DNA of 64,000 nucleotides from assembly GCF_003334815.1 (NCBI RefSeq), contig NZ_QOWO01000004.1, one strand, 5' to 3'. The notes beneath the pieces were generated by a model. That model did not search any database, was not told the origin of the DNA, and saw only the letters and a list, made by a program, of their open reading frames with translations. Below, in pieces: positions 29,018-44,624 of the stretch. The position numbers and the translations under genes are program-made. How positions within the stretch are numbered: the first letter of the stretch is position 1; each line of letters starts with the position of its first letter. The stretch is from Escherichia coli. Lineage in GTDB: Bacteria > Pseudomonadota > Gammaproteobacteria > Enterobacterales > Enterobacteriaceae.

Positions 29018-29240
29018 GCGCGCAGGGGGCGGCCAATCGCCGCCGCCCCCTGCACCCCCGGGCTCTGGCGAACAAAATCGCCGCTGCGCGGTGCCCTCGA
29101 CTTATCCCTTACGGCTACCGGGTCGGGCGCGAGGTAACATCCCTGTAAAACGCGCCCTCAGCCCACATCCATGTGGGCTGCCCCGGCCTTCAGGGAACGC
29201 CTCGGCAATTTTGACGCCACCAAACAACCGTGCGGCCTAT
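29018..29240. other. GC-rich structured intergenic element with two perfect hairpins
   Basis: Hairpins at 29022..29053 (12-bp stem) and 29159..29180 (10-bp stem, 2-nt loop) in a visibly GC-rich block; identity unknown. Confidence 0.3.
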
Positions 29241-29284
29241 TGATAAAGAGCTAACACATTGTCAAAAAACATCACTATGGTTTT

Positions 29285-30232
29285 TTAGAGTTTCTCGATA
29301 TCAATTGCCTGAATAGCCCTTGCAATATCAGGGGAATTATTCAACACCCGAACATGCTGAAATAATTCCGTTGCTTCATCGTATTCTTTACGCAAATAAC
29401 TCAACCACTGTTTAATCCGCGCAACGTGATATAACCCGGTATCGCCCTGCTTTTCCAGACGGGTATATTTTTGCAGCAAAGCAACCACCTCCGGCCACGG
29501 CATTCGCGGTTCGTTATATTTTACCACCCGGCTCAGGTTGGGAATATTGAGCGCCCCGCGACCAATCATCACTGCGTCGCAGCCGCTGATCGCCATGCAT
29601 TGTTGCGCGCTCTGCCAGTCCCAGATTTCACCGTTGGCAATCACCGGAATATTCAGCCGCTGGCGAATATCGCCAATCGCCTGCCAGTCAATATGCTCCG
29701 CGCGGTAACCCTGCTCTTTCGTCCGCCCATGCACCACCAGCTCCGTAGCGCCAGCCTGTTGAACCGCATCGGCGATTTCAAATTTCTTCTCACCGCTGTC
29801 CCAGCCCAGACGCACTTTCACGCTGACGGGCAAATGCGCCGGTACAGCTTCACGCATCGCTTTTGCACCCTGGTAGATGAGTTCAGGATCTTTGAGTAAC
29901 GTCGCCCCGCCGCCGCTACCGTTAACCGTTTTCGACGGGCAGCCGCAATTGAGATCCACGCCCCAGGAACCTAACTCCACCGCACGGGCGGCGTTCTCTG
30001 CCAGCCATTGTGGGAACTGACCTAACAACTGCACGCGCACCAGCGTACCAGATGGTGTCCGGCTGGCGTTTTGTAGCTCAGGGCAAATGCGATGAAAGAC
30101 TTTTACCGGCAGCAGTTGATCCACCACGCGGACAAACTCGGTGATGCACAGATCGTAGTCGTTAACTTCGGTCAGCAATTCACGCACCAGAGAGTCAAGC
30201 ACTCCCTCCATCGGTGCCAGTAACACACGCAT
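29285..30232 (-). CDS. dusC: tRNA-dihydrouridine synthase C (315 aa)
   Basis: ORF track trimmed to the Met at 30232 ([11 protein letters not shown]). Confidence 0.9.
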
Positions 30233-30434
30233 ATCATCACCCGCAAAAAAATGAGGCGCTATGTTAGCGCCTATGGTCAGCGGATTAAAGGTCTGCAAAG
30301 AGGGATTGCTGCAAACTGCAATCCCTCTCTATGCTTGATGTATGCCTGAGTTCGCTGCGCATTGCGTAATGCCGGGGAGCGAAAAAATAAGCGCTGATTT
30401 CTTAATGTGATCGGTAGCACGTTTTACGAATTAA

Positions 30435-31561
<1,127 letters not shown>

Positions 31562-31565
31562 AATT

Positions 31566-31631
31566 TGCGATGCGTCGCGCATTTTTGATGTATGTTTCAC
31601 GCGTTGCATAATTAATGAGATTCAGATCACA
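31566..31631 (+). promoter_or_regulatory. cdd promoter region with two tandem CRP-like sites
   Basis: TGCGATGCGTCGCGCA (31566..31581) and TGAGATTCAGATCACA (31616..31631), centres 50 bp apart; fits the recalled tandem-CRP architecture of cdd. Confidence 0.5.
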
Positions 31632-31690
31632 TATAAAGCCACAACGGGTTCGTAAACTGTTATCCCATTACATGATTATGAGGCAACGCC

Positions 31691-33686
<1,996 letters not shown>

Positions 33687-33879
33687 TATTCCCCTCTCCA
33701 GTTAATTATTGAGAATAATTATTACTTCACCTGATAAGCTGCGGATATCACATTCCTAACCGCAGCTATTTGTGAATCTTTTCACAGTTTAAATTCCCCC
33801 GCACGCTTAGCCTTAATATCAGTACATTATTATTTACTAAACGCTCGCCTTAATTACCTATAGCATTAAGGAAGATCAC

Positions 33880-35118
33880 ATGCCGCAACAAAATTATCTG
33901 GATGAACTCACTCCGGCTTTTACGTCTTTACTGGCGATTAAAGAAGCCTCTCGCTGTTTATTATGTCACGACGCTCCCTGTAGTCAGGCTTGCCCGGCAC
34001 AGACCGATCCGGGGAAATTTATTCGCTCAATCTACTTTCGTAATTTTAAAGGCGCTGCCGAGACAATTCGCGAAAATAATGCCCTCGGTGCCGTTTGTGC
34101 CAGAGTGTGCCCGACGGAGAAATTATGCCAAAGCGGTTGTACCCGTGCCGGTGTTGATGCTCCCATTGATATCGGCCGCTTACAGCGTTTTGTTACTGAT
34201 TTTGAACAACAAACCGGAATGGAAATTTATCAGCCCGGTACTAAAACGCTCGGCAAAGTCGCGATTATTGGCGCAGGTCCTGCCGGATTGCAGGCCAGTG
34301 TGACACTGACAAACCAGGGTTATGACGTCACGATTTATGAGAAAGAAGCGCACCCCGGTGGCTGGTTGCGTAACGGTATTCCGCAATTCCGGTTACCGCA
34401 ATCAGTGCTGGATGCAGAGATCGCCCGTATTGAAAAAATGGGCGTGACCATTAAGTGCAACAACGAAGTCGGTAACACACTCACCCTTGAGCAGCTGAAA
34501 GCAGAAAACCGCGCGGTACTGGTCACCGTGGGGTTATCAAGCGGTTCCGGGCTACCGCTGTTTGAGCATAGTGACGTTGAGATTGCCGTCGACTTCTTGC
34601 AACGTGCACGACAGGCGCAAGGCGATATCAGCATTCCACAAAGCGCATTAATTATCGGCGGCGGTGATGTCGCGATGGACGTAGCCAGCACGCTGAAAGT
34701 TCTCGGCTGTCAGGCGGTAACTTGCGTAGCGCGTGAAGAGTTAGATGAGTTTCCGGCAAGCGAAAAAGAGTTTACCAGCGCCCGGGTGCTGGGCGTTTCG
34801 ATCATCGATGGATTCACGCCAGTAGCCGTGGAAGGCAATAAAGTCACGTTTAAGCATGTACGGTTATCGGGCGAACTGACGATGGCGGCAGATAAAATTA
34901 TTCTCGCCGTCGGTCAGCATGCCAGACTAGATGCCTTTGCGGAGTTAGAGCCGCAGCGTAACACCATCAAAACACAAAATTACCAGACCCGCGACCCGCA
35001 AGTCTTTGCTGCTGGCGATATTGTTGAGGGTGACAAAACCGTGGTCTATGCCGTGAAAACCGGGAAAGAAGCCGCCGAGGCGATTCATCACTATTTAGAG
35101 GGAGCTTGCTCATGTTAA
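33880..35118 (+). CDS. preT: NAD-dependent dihydropyrimidine dehydrogenase subunit PreT (412 aa)
   Basis: Dinucleotide-binding motif GAGPAGL. Confidence 0.9.
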   Translation: MPQQNYLDELTPAFTSLLAIKEASRCLLCHDAPCSQACPAQTDPGKFIRSIYFRNFKGAAETIRENNALGAVCARVCPTEKLCQSGCTRAGVDAPIDIGRLQRFVTDFEQQTGMEIYQPGTKTLGKVAIIGAGPAGLQASVTLTNQGYDVTIYEKEAHPGGWLRNGIPQFRLPQSVLDAEIARIEKMGVTIKCNNEVGNTLTLEQLKAENRAVLVTVGLSSGSGLPLFEHSDVEIAVDFLQRARQAQGDISIPQSALIIGGGDVAMDVASTLKVLGCQAVTCVAREELDEFPASEKEFTSARVLGVSIIDGFTPVAVEGNKVTFKHVRLSGELTMAADKIILAVGQHARLDAFAELEPQRNTIKTQNYQTRDPQVFAAGDIVEGDKTVVYAVKTGKEAAEAIHHYLEGACSC

Positions 35119-36347
35119 CGAAAGATCTTTCGATTACTTTTTGCGGCGTGAAGTTTCCCAACCCGTTCTGCCTCTCTTCTTCGCCGGTAGGCAACTGCTA
35201 TGAGATGTGTGCCAAAGCCTACGACACAGGTTGGGGCGGTGTGGTGTTTAAAACGATCGGCTTTTTTATCGCCAACGAAGTCTCGCCGCGTTTTGATCAT
35301 CTGGTGAAAGAAGATACCGGTTTTATCGGCTTCAAAAATATGGAGCAGATTGCTGAACATCCGTTGGAAGAGAATCTGGCCGCCCTGCGTCGGCTGAAGG
35401 AAGATTACCCGGACAAAGTATTGATCGCTTCGATCATGGGGGAAAATGAGCAGCAATGGGAGGAGCTGGCGCGCCTGGTGCAAGAAGCTGGCGCGGATAT
35501 GATCGAGTGTAACTTCTCCTGTCCGCAAATGACTTCTCATGCGATGGGTAGCGATGTCGGGCAAAGCCCGGAGCTGGTAGAAAAATATTGTCGGGCAGTG
35601 AAACGGGGTTCCACGCTGCCAATGCTGGCGAAGATGACGCCGAATATCGGTGATATGTGCGAAGTGGCGCTGGCGGCGAAGCGCGGCGGCGCAGATGGCA
35701 TTGCGGCGATTAACACCGTTAAATCCATCACCAATATCGATCTTAATCAGAAAATCGGTATGCCGATCGTTAACGGAAAATCGAGTATTTCCGGATATTC
35801 CGGTAAAGCGGTAAAACCGATCGCCCTGCGCTTCATTCAGCAAATGCGCACCCATCCAGAACTGCGCGATTTCCCAATCAGCGGTATCGGCGGCATTGAA
35901 ACCTGGGAGGATGCGGCTGAGTTTTTATTGCTCGGCGCAGCAACGTTACAGGTGACCACCGGCATCATGCAGTACGGGTATCGGATAGTGGAAGATATGG
36001 CAAGCGGGTTGTCGCATTATCTCGCCGATCAGGGATTTGATTCGCTGCAGGAGATGGTAGGTCTGGCGAATAACAATATTGTCCCGGCGGAAGATTTAGA
36101 CCGCAGTTATATTGTCTATCCCCGTATCAATCTTGATAAATGTGTTGGCTGTGGACGCTGTTATATTTCCTGTTACGACGGCGGTCACCAGGCGATGGAA
36201 TGGAGCGAGAAAACCCGCACACCGCATTGTAATACCGAGAAATGTGTGGGTTGTCTGCTTTGTGGTCACGTCTGCCCGGTGGGTTGTATTGAGCTCGGGG
36301 AAGTGAAGTTTAAGAAAGGCGAGAAAGAACACCCGGTAACGTTGTAA
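35112..36347 (+). CDS. preA: NAD-dependent dihydropyrimidine dehydrogenase subunit PreA (411 aa)
   Basis: C-terminal ferredoxin-type cysteine clusters (CVGCGRC, CVGCLLC); start overlaps the preT end. Confidence 0.9.
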   Translation: MLTKDLSITFCGVKFPNPFCLSSSPVGNCYEMCAKAYDTGWGGVVFKTIGFFIANEVSPRFDHLVKEDTGFIGFKNMEQIAEHPLEENLAALRRLKEDYPDKVLIASIMGENEQQWEELARLVQEAGADMIECNFSCPQMTSHAMGSDVGQSPELVEKYCRAVKRGSTLPMLAKMTPNIGDMCEVALAAKRGGADGIAAINTVKSITNIDLNQKIGMPIVNGKSSISGYSGKAVKPIALRFIQQMRTHPELRDFPISGIGGIETWEDAAEFLLLGAATLQVTTGIMQYGYRIVEDMASGLSHYLADQGFDSLQEMVGLANNNIVPAEDLDRSYIVYPRINLDKCVGCGRCYISCYDGGHQAMEWSEKTRTPHCNTEKCVGCLLCGHVCPVGCIELGEVKFKKGEKEHPVTL

Positions 36348-36354
36348 AACCAGA

Positions 36355-36540
36355 GACGCATCCGGCATTTGGTTCCTGTCGCCGGATGCGGCTTGAACGC
36401 CTTATCCGGCCTACAAAACCATACAAATCAGTATGTTGAGCTTATTGTAGGCCGGATAAAACGCGCCAGCGTTGCATCCGGCATTTGGCTCCTGTTGCCG
36501 GATGCGGCGTGAACGCCTTATCCGGCCTACAAAACCACAC
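36355..36540. repeat. BIME: cluster of REP elements in alternating orientation
   Basis: Three GCCGGATGCGGC...TTATCCGGCCTACAAA-type units between preA and mglC. Confidence 0.85.
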
Positions 36541-36589
36541 AGATCATGATGTTATGTGCGTTTATGACCGAATGCGGACCACATTCACA

Positions 36590-37600
36590 TCATTTCTTAC
36601 GCGCGTATTTCAGTGAATCCAGCGCTACGGCGAAGATAATAATCGCCCCTTTGATGATGTACTGCCAGTATGGGTTTACGCCGATATACGTCAGGCCATA
36701 GTTGATGACGGTAAAAATAATTACCCCGGTCACCACGCCAATCACCGTCCCCACACCGCCGCTGAACGATACACCGCCTACCACGCACGCCGCGATAGCA
36801 TCCAGCTCATACATAAAGCCGAGGTTGTTGGTGGCAGAGCCGATACGTCCGGCTTCTAACATCCCGCCAAAGGCATAGAACACGCCAGACAACGCGTAGA
36901 TCATCAGCAGGTTCAGGCCGACGTTGACACCAGATACTTTTGCCGCTTCCGGGTTACCGCCAATGGCAAAAATGTTCTTACCGAAGCGGGTTTTGTTCCA
37001 CAACACCCAGACGAACGCCACCGCAATCAACGCGTAGAAGGTGATGTAAGAGAGACGGAAACGCCCCAGCGCGACAAAGCCCTGAGCAAAGGTAGAGAAG
37101 CCACTGTCAAAACCAGAAATTGGCGACGCCCCGACAAAGTCGTAATAGAGCGAGTTGATGCCATAGACGATGATCATCGTGCCGAGCGTGGTAATGAACG
37201 GCGTCACGTTGAGATAAGCGATAATCAGACCGTTGATCAAACCGATCACCGCACCAATGGCACAGACAATCAGAATAACCAGCGCAATCGGCATCGTCGC
37301 CATTTCCGGGAACACTTTGTTGGCGTTATCCATGGACTGCAATAATGTCGCAGCCACCACTGCCGCCAGCCCTACCTGACGACCAGCAGAAAGATCGGTC
37401 CCCTGGGTGACAATTAACCCTGCCACACCGAGCGCGATAATAATACGCACCGATGACTGGGTGAGAATATTACTTAAGTTCAACAGACTTAAAAATGTTG
37501 GGTCCTGGAAAATAATAATCGCCAGCAAAACTAAAAGAACGACGTAAATACCGCCCTCTTTCAGGTAAGTAAGAAAACTTTTCTTATTTAACGCACTCAT
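36590..37600 (-). CDS. mglC: Galactose/methyl-galactoside ABC permease
   Basis: ORF track; hydrophobic; synteny. Confidence 0.9.
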   Translation of the reverse strand: MSALNKKSFLTYLKEGGIYVVLLVLLAIIIFQDPTFLSLLNLSNILTQSSVRIIIALGVAGLIVTQGTDLSAGRQVGLAAVVAATLLQSMDNANKVFPEMATMPIALVILIVCAIGAVIGLINGLIIAYLNVTPFITTLGTMIIVYGINSLYYDFVGASPISGFDSGFSTFAQGFVALGRFRLSYITFYALIAVAFVWVLWNKTRFGKNIFAIGGNPEAAKVSGVNVGLNLLMIYALSGVFYAFGGMLEAGRIGSATNNLGFMYELDAIAACVVGGVSFSGGVGTVIGVVTGVIIFTVINYGLTYIGVNPYWQYIIKGAIIIFAVALDSLKYARKK

Positions 37601-37615
37601 GGGAAGCCCCTAATC

Positions 37616-39136
37616 TTAAAGGTGCAAAGACGCAAGACGCAGAATTTCGTTTTGCGTTGTTGTTTTTGTATCGACAATTCCGGAAACGAGACCATTGCTC
37701 ATGACCAGAATACGGTCTGTTATCCCTAACAACTCAGGCATTTCAGAGGAGATAATAATAATCCCCTTGCCTTTCTTCGCCAGTTCGGCAATTAACTGAT
37801 AAATTTCAAACTTCGCCCCGACATCAATACCGCGCGTCGGTTCATCGAGCATTAATATTTCTGGTTGCGTTAGTAGCCAGCGACCAATAATCACCTTTTG
37901 CTGATTACCACCGGAGAGCGAACCAATTTGCGTCCGATGACCCGGCGTTTTTACCCGCATCGAATCAATCACCCACTGGGTATCGCTTTTCATCCGCGAG
38001 TTATCCAGTAAACCAACTTTATTTTTGTAGTTGCGAATATTGGAAATTAACGAGTTAAAACCAATATCCAGATAGGCATAAATTCCCGTTGAGCGGCGCT
38101 CCTCAGTTACCAGTGCAAATCCATGGTTTATGGCTTCGTTGGCATTATGGTTATTGATCTGTTTGCCGTGCAACGTTATGGTGCCAGCCGATTTCTCGCG
38201 AATACCAAATAACGTCTCAACAATATCGGTACGTTTCGCCCCCACCAGACCGGCAATACCGAGGATCTCCCCTTTATGCAGATCAAACGAGACATCGCGA
38301 ATCGACGGCTGGCGCAGTGACGTCAGGTTACGTACCTCGAGGATGACTTCGCCCGGTTTGTTTTCTTTGTCAGGGAAACGCTGGTTAAGAGAACGCCCAA
38401 CCATCATGGCGATGATCTTGTCCATCGTCAGTCCTGCCAGCGGTTCGGTGGCGATCCACTGACCGTCGCGCAATACGGTAACTTCATCACATAACTGGAA
38501 GATTTCTTCCATTTTATGCGAGATATAAACAATACCGCAGCCGCGCTCTTTTAATTTACGAATAATAGTGAACAGATGATTGACCTCTTTTTCGGTTAAC
38601 GAAGAAGTCGGTTCATCCATAATCACAATTTTCGCGTTATAGGAAAACGCTTTGGCGATTTCGATCATCTGCATTTGCGAAACGGATAATGTGCCGACGC
38701 GCGCACGCGGATCGATATCAATATCCAGTTCGTCAAAAATCGCTTTGGTTTCGCGGTACATTTTGTCCTGATCGACAAACATGCCTTTGGTGGGATATCG
38801 CCCCAGCCACATGTTATCCATCACCGAACGTTGTAATACCAGGTTTAACTCCTGGTGTACCATCGAAATACCATTTTCCAGGGCTTCTTTTGCAGAATGG
38901 AAATCGATCTCTTTACCCTGGAATAAAATGGTGCCGGAGTCTTTTTGATAAATACCAAACAGGCATTTTAATAATGTCGATTTTCCTGCACCGTTTTCCC
39001 CCATTAATGCATGGATAGAATGTGGCCGGACTTTTAAATTAACGTTATCAAGTGCCTTAACACCAGGAAAGGACTTGTTGATACCGCTCATTTCCAACAA
39101 GTATTCCCCGGAGGACGGAGTCGTTGAGCTGACCAT
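37616..39136 (-). CDS. mglA: Galactose ABC transporter ATP-binding protein (duplicated ABC domains)
   Basis: Two Walker A-type motifs (GENGAGKST and a second in the C-terminal half). Confidence 0.9.
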
Positions 39137-39196
39137 ATAATTTTACCTTGTTGGCCATACAATAAGGGCGCAGTAATAGACTGCGCCCAATCAGTC

Positions 39197-40195
39197 TTAT
39201 TTCTTGCTGAATTCAGCCAGGTTGTCTTTATCTACGCCAACATAAGGTACGCGGACCACTTTGTTGTCGATTTTCCAGTTGGTGCCATCAGCCGCACCTT
39301 TACCATCGGCCAGGTTTTTCGCCAGATCAAAGGTCGCTTTCGCCTGGTTGTTAGCATCGTTCAGTACGGTGCCCGCCAGTGCACCGGATTTCACCAGCGC
39401 CAGCGCTTCTGGCAGCGCATCGACGCCAAACACCGGAATGCTGGACTTGTTGTGTGCTTTCAGCGCTTCAACCGCGCCCATTGCCATCGCATCGTTGTTG
39501 GCGATAACCACTTCGATTTTGTTGGCGTTCGGGCCAGACAGCCAGGCGTCCATCTTATCTTTCGCCTGAGCGGTGTCCCACATTGCGGTATCTAACTGTA
39601 ACTGTTCAGTTTTGATGCCTTTATCGTTCAATTCTTTAATCACGTAAGTGGTACGTGCTTCTGCATCCGGATGGCCCGGTTCACCTTTCAGCAGTACGAA
39701 CTGAATCTGACCGTCTTTGTTCAGATCCCAACCCTGATTCGCCGCCCAGTGTTTAGCAATCAAATCGCCTTGAATAATGCCGGACTCTTTGGAGTCAGTG
39801 CCAACGTAGTAGGCTTTGTCGTAGCTATCCAGCGCCTTACGAGACGGTTCTTTGTTGAAGAAAACCACCGGCACGTTTTGCCCACGCGCTTTCTCAATCA
39901 CCGTACCCGCAGCTGCCGGGTCAACCAGGTTGATTGCCAGTGCCTTCACCCCTTTCGCCAGCAATACGTCGATCTGATCGTTCTGCTTGGACTGGTCATT
40001 CTGAGAATCATTCATCAGCAGCTGAACATCTGGCGCGGCTTTCGCATCTTGCTCAATAGCCTTGCGCACTACAGACATAAAGTTATCGTCGTACTTATAG
40101 ATTGTTACACCAATGCGAGTATCAGCAGCGTGTGCAGCGGCACCGAATAACATGCTGGCCATCACAGCAGACAGGGTTAACACCTTCTTATTCAT
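39197..40195 (-). CDS. mglB: Periplasmic galactose/glucose-binding protein
   Basis: Signal peptide; synteny. Confidence 0.9.
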   Translation of the reverse strand: MNKKVLTLSAVMASMLFGAAAHAADTRIGVTIYKYDDNFMSVVRKAIEQDAKAAPDVQLLMNDSQNDQSKQNDQIDVLLAKGVKALAINLVDPAAAGTVIEKARGQNVPVVFFNKEPSRKALDSYDKAYYVGTDSKESGIIQGDLIAKHWAANQGWDLNKDGQIQFVLLKGEPGHPDAEARTTYVIKELNDKGIKTEQLQLDTAMWDTAQAKDKMDAWLSGPNANKIEVVIANNDAMAMGAVEALKAHNKSSIPVFGVDALPEALALVKSGALAGTVLNDANNQAKATFDLAKNLADGKGAADGTNWKIDNKVVRVPYVGVDKDNLAEFSKK

Positions 40196-40446
40196 GGTAT
40201 CTCCGGTTTTTCTTATGCAGGGTAGTGCTTGAGATAAATGCTCGGCGGGGCAGTAGAGTTAATGAAGTGTTACTGAACGCCGAAGCTCACTTTTTAAAAT
40301 TCGTTCTTCCATGCCCGGTAACGCTCCAGAAAACGGCTTTAATTGTTGTTATGACGCTGTTACCTCGGCAAAAGTGATTATTCACTGTTACATACGGGTT
40401 ACAACGTTAAAACGGTGCAATCATAGCTATCACATTGTTAAGATAC

Positions 40447-40462
40447 TGTGAAATCACTCACA
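40447..40462 (-). promoter_or_regulatory. CRP site upstream of mglB
   Basis: TGTGAAATCACTCACA, a near-consensus CRP palindrome; candidate -10 TATGAT about 22 nt downstream on the minus strand. Confidence 0.55.
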
Positions 40463-40474
40463 GATTGAAAGCGG

Positions 40475-41515
40475 TTACATCGCCTGATTTGTTGAGTTAG
40501 TGATCGCCGCCGCATTCTGGCGTGTTGCGACAGAATGGCGACGCACTAACGTCGGCATAAAACAGTGGCTGGCACGAGGATCAATATTGCCTGCTGCCCC
40601 CTGCAAGGCCAGTTCGGTGGCTAATTTCGCCATTGAAGCAATGGGATAACGCACGGTCGTTAATTGCGGGTCGGTGTAACGGGCGATGGGAATATCATCG
40701 AAACCGATGATTGAGAGATGTAACGGAATCGCAATGCCATTATCTTTTAATGCTGTCAGTGCGCCAGCGGCCATATTGTCGTTATAAGCAAATACAGCGG
40801 TAAGTTGTAGATTGCGCCCCAGCAGTTCAACCATCGCCGCCTCACCGCCCGGCATGTCCGGCGTACCAGCGCCAATCCAGCTTTCCGGCGGAATAATATC
40901 CTGCTCTTTCAACGCACTCATCCAGCCTGCTTTACGCATGGCGTCATCTTCAATGCCGTGGCTGGAAGAAAGATAACCAATACGTTGATGACCGTTATTC
41001 AGCAACATGCGCGTCGCCATTCGGGCACCGCTGAGATTATCCAGGCAAACGCAACGATGGGCGTACCCCGGCACAACGCGGTTGATTAACACCATACCGG
41101 GAATGTTATCCATAAATTGCGCCAGTTCATCGTCACTCAATGCTTTTGAGTGAACAATCAACGCATTACAACGCTGGCGAATTAACACCTCAATGGCGTG
41201 ACGCTCTTTTTCCGCTTCATGATAGCTATTGCCGATTAGCACGTATTTCTGATGCTGCTGAGCGACCAGATCCACCGCTTTTACCAGCGCGCCGAAAAAC
41301 GCATCAGAAACGTCCATCACCACCACGCCAATGGTGTCGCTAACCTGAGTTGCCAGCGCCTGGGCATTGGCGTTTGGCCGATAATCCAGCTCACTCACGG
41401 CTTTCATTACTGCTTCACGCGTGTCGGCACTGACCAGCGTGCTGTTATTGAGCACCCGGGAAACCGTTGCCACAGAGACGCCAGCCTGACGCGCTACATC
41501 ACGAATGGTGATCAT
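40475..41515 (-). CDS. galS: LacI-family galactose isorepressor (346 aa)
   Basis: N-terminal helix-turn-helix [22 protein letters not shown]. Confidence 0.9.
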
Positions 41516-41591
41516 ATTCACTACCTGTTATGAGATTGCAGTAAATGACTGCTTGCTGGCGGCTATTTTGTCAGCACTGAATACAGGACTT

Positions 41592-41626
41592 CGTGAATCG
41601 AGTCACAGCAATGGAAACGGTTACAG
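41592..41626 (-). promoter_or_regulatory. galS promoter region: CRP-like site plus gal-operator-like sequence
   Basis: CGTGAATCGAGTCACA (41592..41607) and TGGAAACGGTTACA (41611..41626). Confidence 0.35.
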
Positions 41627-41656
41627 CCGTTTTGTTAACGAATGTGATCCAGATCG

Positions 41657-42814
41657 TTATCTTGATGTTTTAGATATTGCCGGTCCGGCAGCACGCAAAG
41701 TTAACTGACGCCAGAGCCATTCCACCGGCCCCTGGCGGAAGTAACGCAGCCAGATAACAGAGAAGAGGATATTCGCCAGCCATACCGGAATAACAAACGC
41801 CAGCAGCTCCAGGCGGTCAAAATGCATAAACAAACCGAGGTGGTAAAAAAGCGTGGTACAAATCAGCGTTTGCAATAGATAGTTGGTCAGCGCCATCCGT
41901 CCGACGCAGGCGATCGCAAGCACCAGCTTAAAGCGGCTCAATTGCGGCCAGAAGCCATAAAACAGCGACGCATAGCCAATCGCCTGAAACGGCGCACTCA
42001 GTTCCCGCGGCATTTGAAGTAAGAAGGCACACCAGCGATACGCCCAGTCCAGCTGCCATTGCAGGGCGATGGCAGGAAGGTTAATGGTCACCCCAATCGC
42101 CACCAGCACAAAACCAGTACGACGATAGTGACGTAAGCTGAACTGCCCTTTCAGCCAGCCGCTGCGCATCAGCGCCGCACCAATGAGCATCATCCCTGCC
42201 AGTTGCCAGCCATACTGTGCGCCCAGTGCCAGTAAACTGTTGCCAACACCATCGGCACGATAACTGATCGCTTCAACGCCGCCGTGAAGCTTCCAGTATT
42301 TTTCATACAAAATAGCCGATGCATCCGGCGTCCAGGCGCGGCTGGTCTGGCTGTCGGAAATCAGCCCCAATAACAGCAAAACGCCAAGCCCCACCAGATA
42401 AAGCATGACGCCTGTATTAAACAGGCTTTTTACCGATGGCGCATCGCGCACCAGCCGCCAGCAGATTAAGCCCACCAGCCCGTAAGCCAGCAAAATATCG
42501 CCGTCCCAGAACAATAAACCGTGAATAAAGCCCAACAAGACTAACAGCGTTAACCGCGACTGGATCCAGCGTCTGCCACGGGGCAGCAACATTTGCAGGC
42601 CCGCACCAAACAGTAGCGCAAAAAGCGTGAGGAATTTCACCTGGCCGATGAGATCAAGAAATGCCCAAGTCCATGCATCCCGCGGCGTAATAGCACCGTA
42701 CCAGGCGGGATTGAGATAAGCCGCCTTTGGTAGCCCAAAGGCGCTGATGTTTAATAGCAGGATCCCCAGAATGGCGACGCCGCGAACAAAATCGAGCGTG
42801 ACGTTGCGCTCCAT
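41657..42814 (-). CDS. yeiB: DUF418-family inner-membrane protein (385 aa)
   Basis: ORF track; synteny. Confidence 0.8.
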   Translation of the reverse strand: MERNVTLDFVRGVAILGILLLNISAFGLPKAAYLNPAWYGAITPRDAWTWAFLDLIGQVKFLTLFALLFGAGLQMLLPRGRRWIQSRLTLLVLLGFIHGLLFWDGDILLAYGLVGLICWRLVRDAPSVKSLFNTGVMLYLVGLGVLLLLGLISDSQTSRAWTPDASAILYEKYWKLHGGVEAISYRADGVGNSLLALGAQYGWQLAGMMLIGAALMRSGWLKGQFSLRHYRRTGFVLVAIGVTINLPAIALQWQLDWAYRWCAFLLQMPRELSAPFQAIGYASLFYGFWPQLSRFKLVLAIACVGRMALTNYLLQTLICTTLFYHLGLFMHFDRLELLAFVIPVWLANILFSVIWLRYFRQGPVEWLWRQLTLRAAGPAISKTSR

Positions 42815-42830
42815 GGTTCCTGCCTTTTAA

Positions 42831-43499
42831 TCAGTTGTGATGACGCACAGCGCGCAGAAACTCGTGGCGCGTATTCTGACTGGATTTGAACAATCCACCA
42901 AGAGAGGTCGTTGTCGTGGCACTGGTTGCATCGCGGATGCCACGCGCCTTCACGCAGTAATGCACCGCGTCGATCGAGACAGCCACGTTATTGGTGCCCA
43001 GCAGCGTTTGTAGCGCAATAAGAATTTGCTGCGTCAGACGTTCCTGCACCTGCGGACGCTGGGCAAAGAACTGCACAATGCGGTTAATTTTTGACAGACC
43101 GATCACCGAATCTTTCGGGATATAGGCCACCGTCGCTTTGCCATCGATGGTAACAAAATGGTGTTCACAGGTGCTGGTCAGAGTGATATCGCGCACGGTG
43201 ACCATTTCATCGACCTTCATTTTGTTTTCAATGAGGGTGATTTTCGGGAAATTGGCGTAATCCAGACCGGAGAAAATTTCATCGACATACATTTTAGCGA
43301 TGCGATGCGGCGTTTCCATCAAACTGTCATCAGCCAGGTCGAGATTCAGCAGCTGCATGATTTCGGTCATATGACCAGCAATAAGGCTTTTGCGCGTTTC
43401 GTTATCCATTTCATGCACGGGCGGGCGCAGCGGTGTTTCCAGTCCTCGCGCAACTAACGCTTCATGAACCAGGGCCGCTTCTTTACTGAGTGATGGCAT
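42831..43499 (-). CDS. folE: GTP cyclohydrolase I (222 aa)
   Basis: ORF track; synteny and size. Confidence 0.9.
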
Positions 43500-43723
43500 T
43501 TATGATTTCTCCTGCAGGTGTGACGCCTCCGCCCTGCGTGGGGGCAAAGTTATTAAGCTGATTTACAGCCTGATTATTGTGCGTGAGGCGGCGCACATAA
43601 TCCAGTATTCACAGCGATAATTATTGTAATTGCCGCTGCCTTTCATCAGCAGATGTTAAAACATCGTTATGCAAATACGGAAGTGAAAGTTACTCACAGC
43701 ACATTGAATAAACGGTATGATGA

Positions 43724-44593
<870 letters not shown>

Positions 44594-44599
44594 AAGTCC

Positions 44600-44615
44600 G
44601 CCCGGTTCGCCGGGC
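44600..44615. terminator. Hairpin between convergent yeiG and cirA
   Basis: GCCCGG-TTCG-CCGGGC. Confidence 0.5.
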
Positions 44616-44624
44616 ATCTTCTCA

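Noticed and set aside
28983-29243. 86-aa proline-rich ORF in the yohP-dusC intergenic region
   Set aside because: Open frame is most likely a by-product of the GC-rich hairpin element; no ribosome-binding site and low-complexity composition.
36355-36540. Possible small RNA or tRNA suggested by strong hairpins
   Set aside because: Sequence matches the REP/BIME consensus (GCCGGATGCGGCG...TTATCCGGCCTACA) in alternating orientation; no tRNA cloverleaf features recognised.
41611-41635. Hairpin AAACGG-TTACAG-CCGTTT followed by TTGTT, a possible plus-strand terminator
   Set aside because: No plus-strand gene ends nearby (yeiB and galS are both on the minus strand); more likely part of the galS operator/promoter region.
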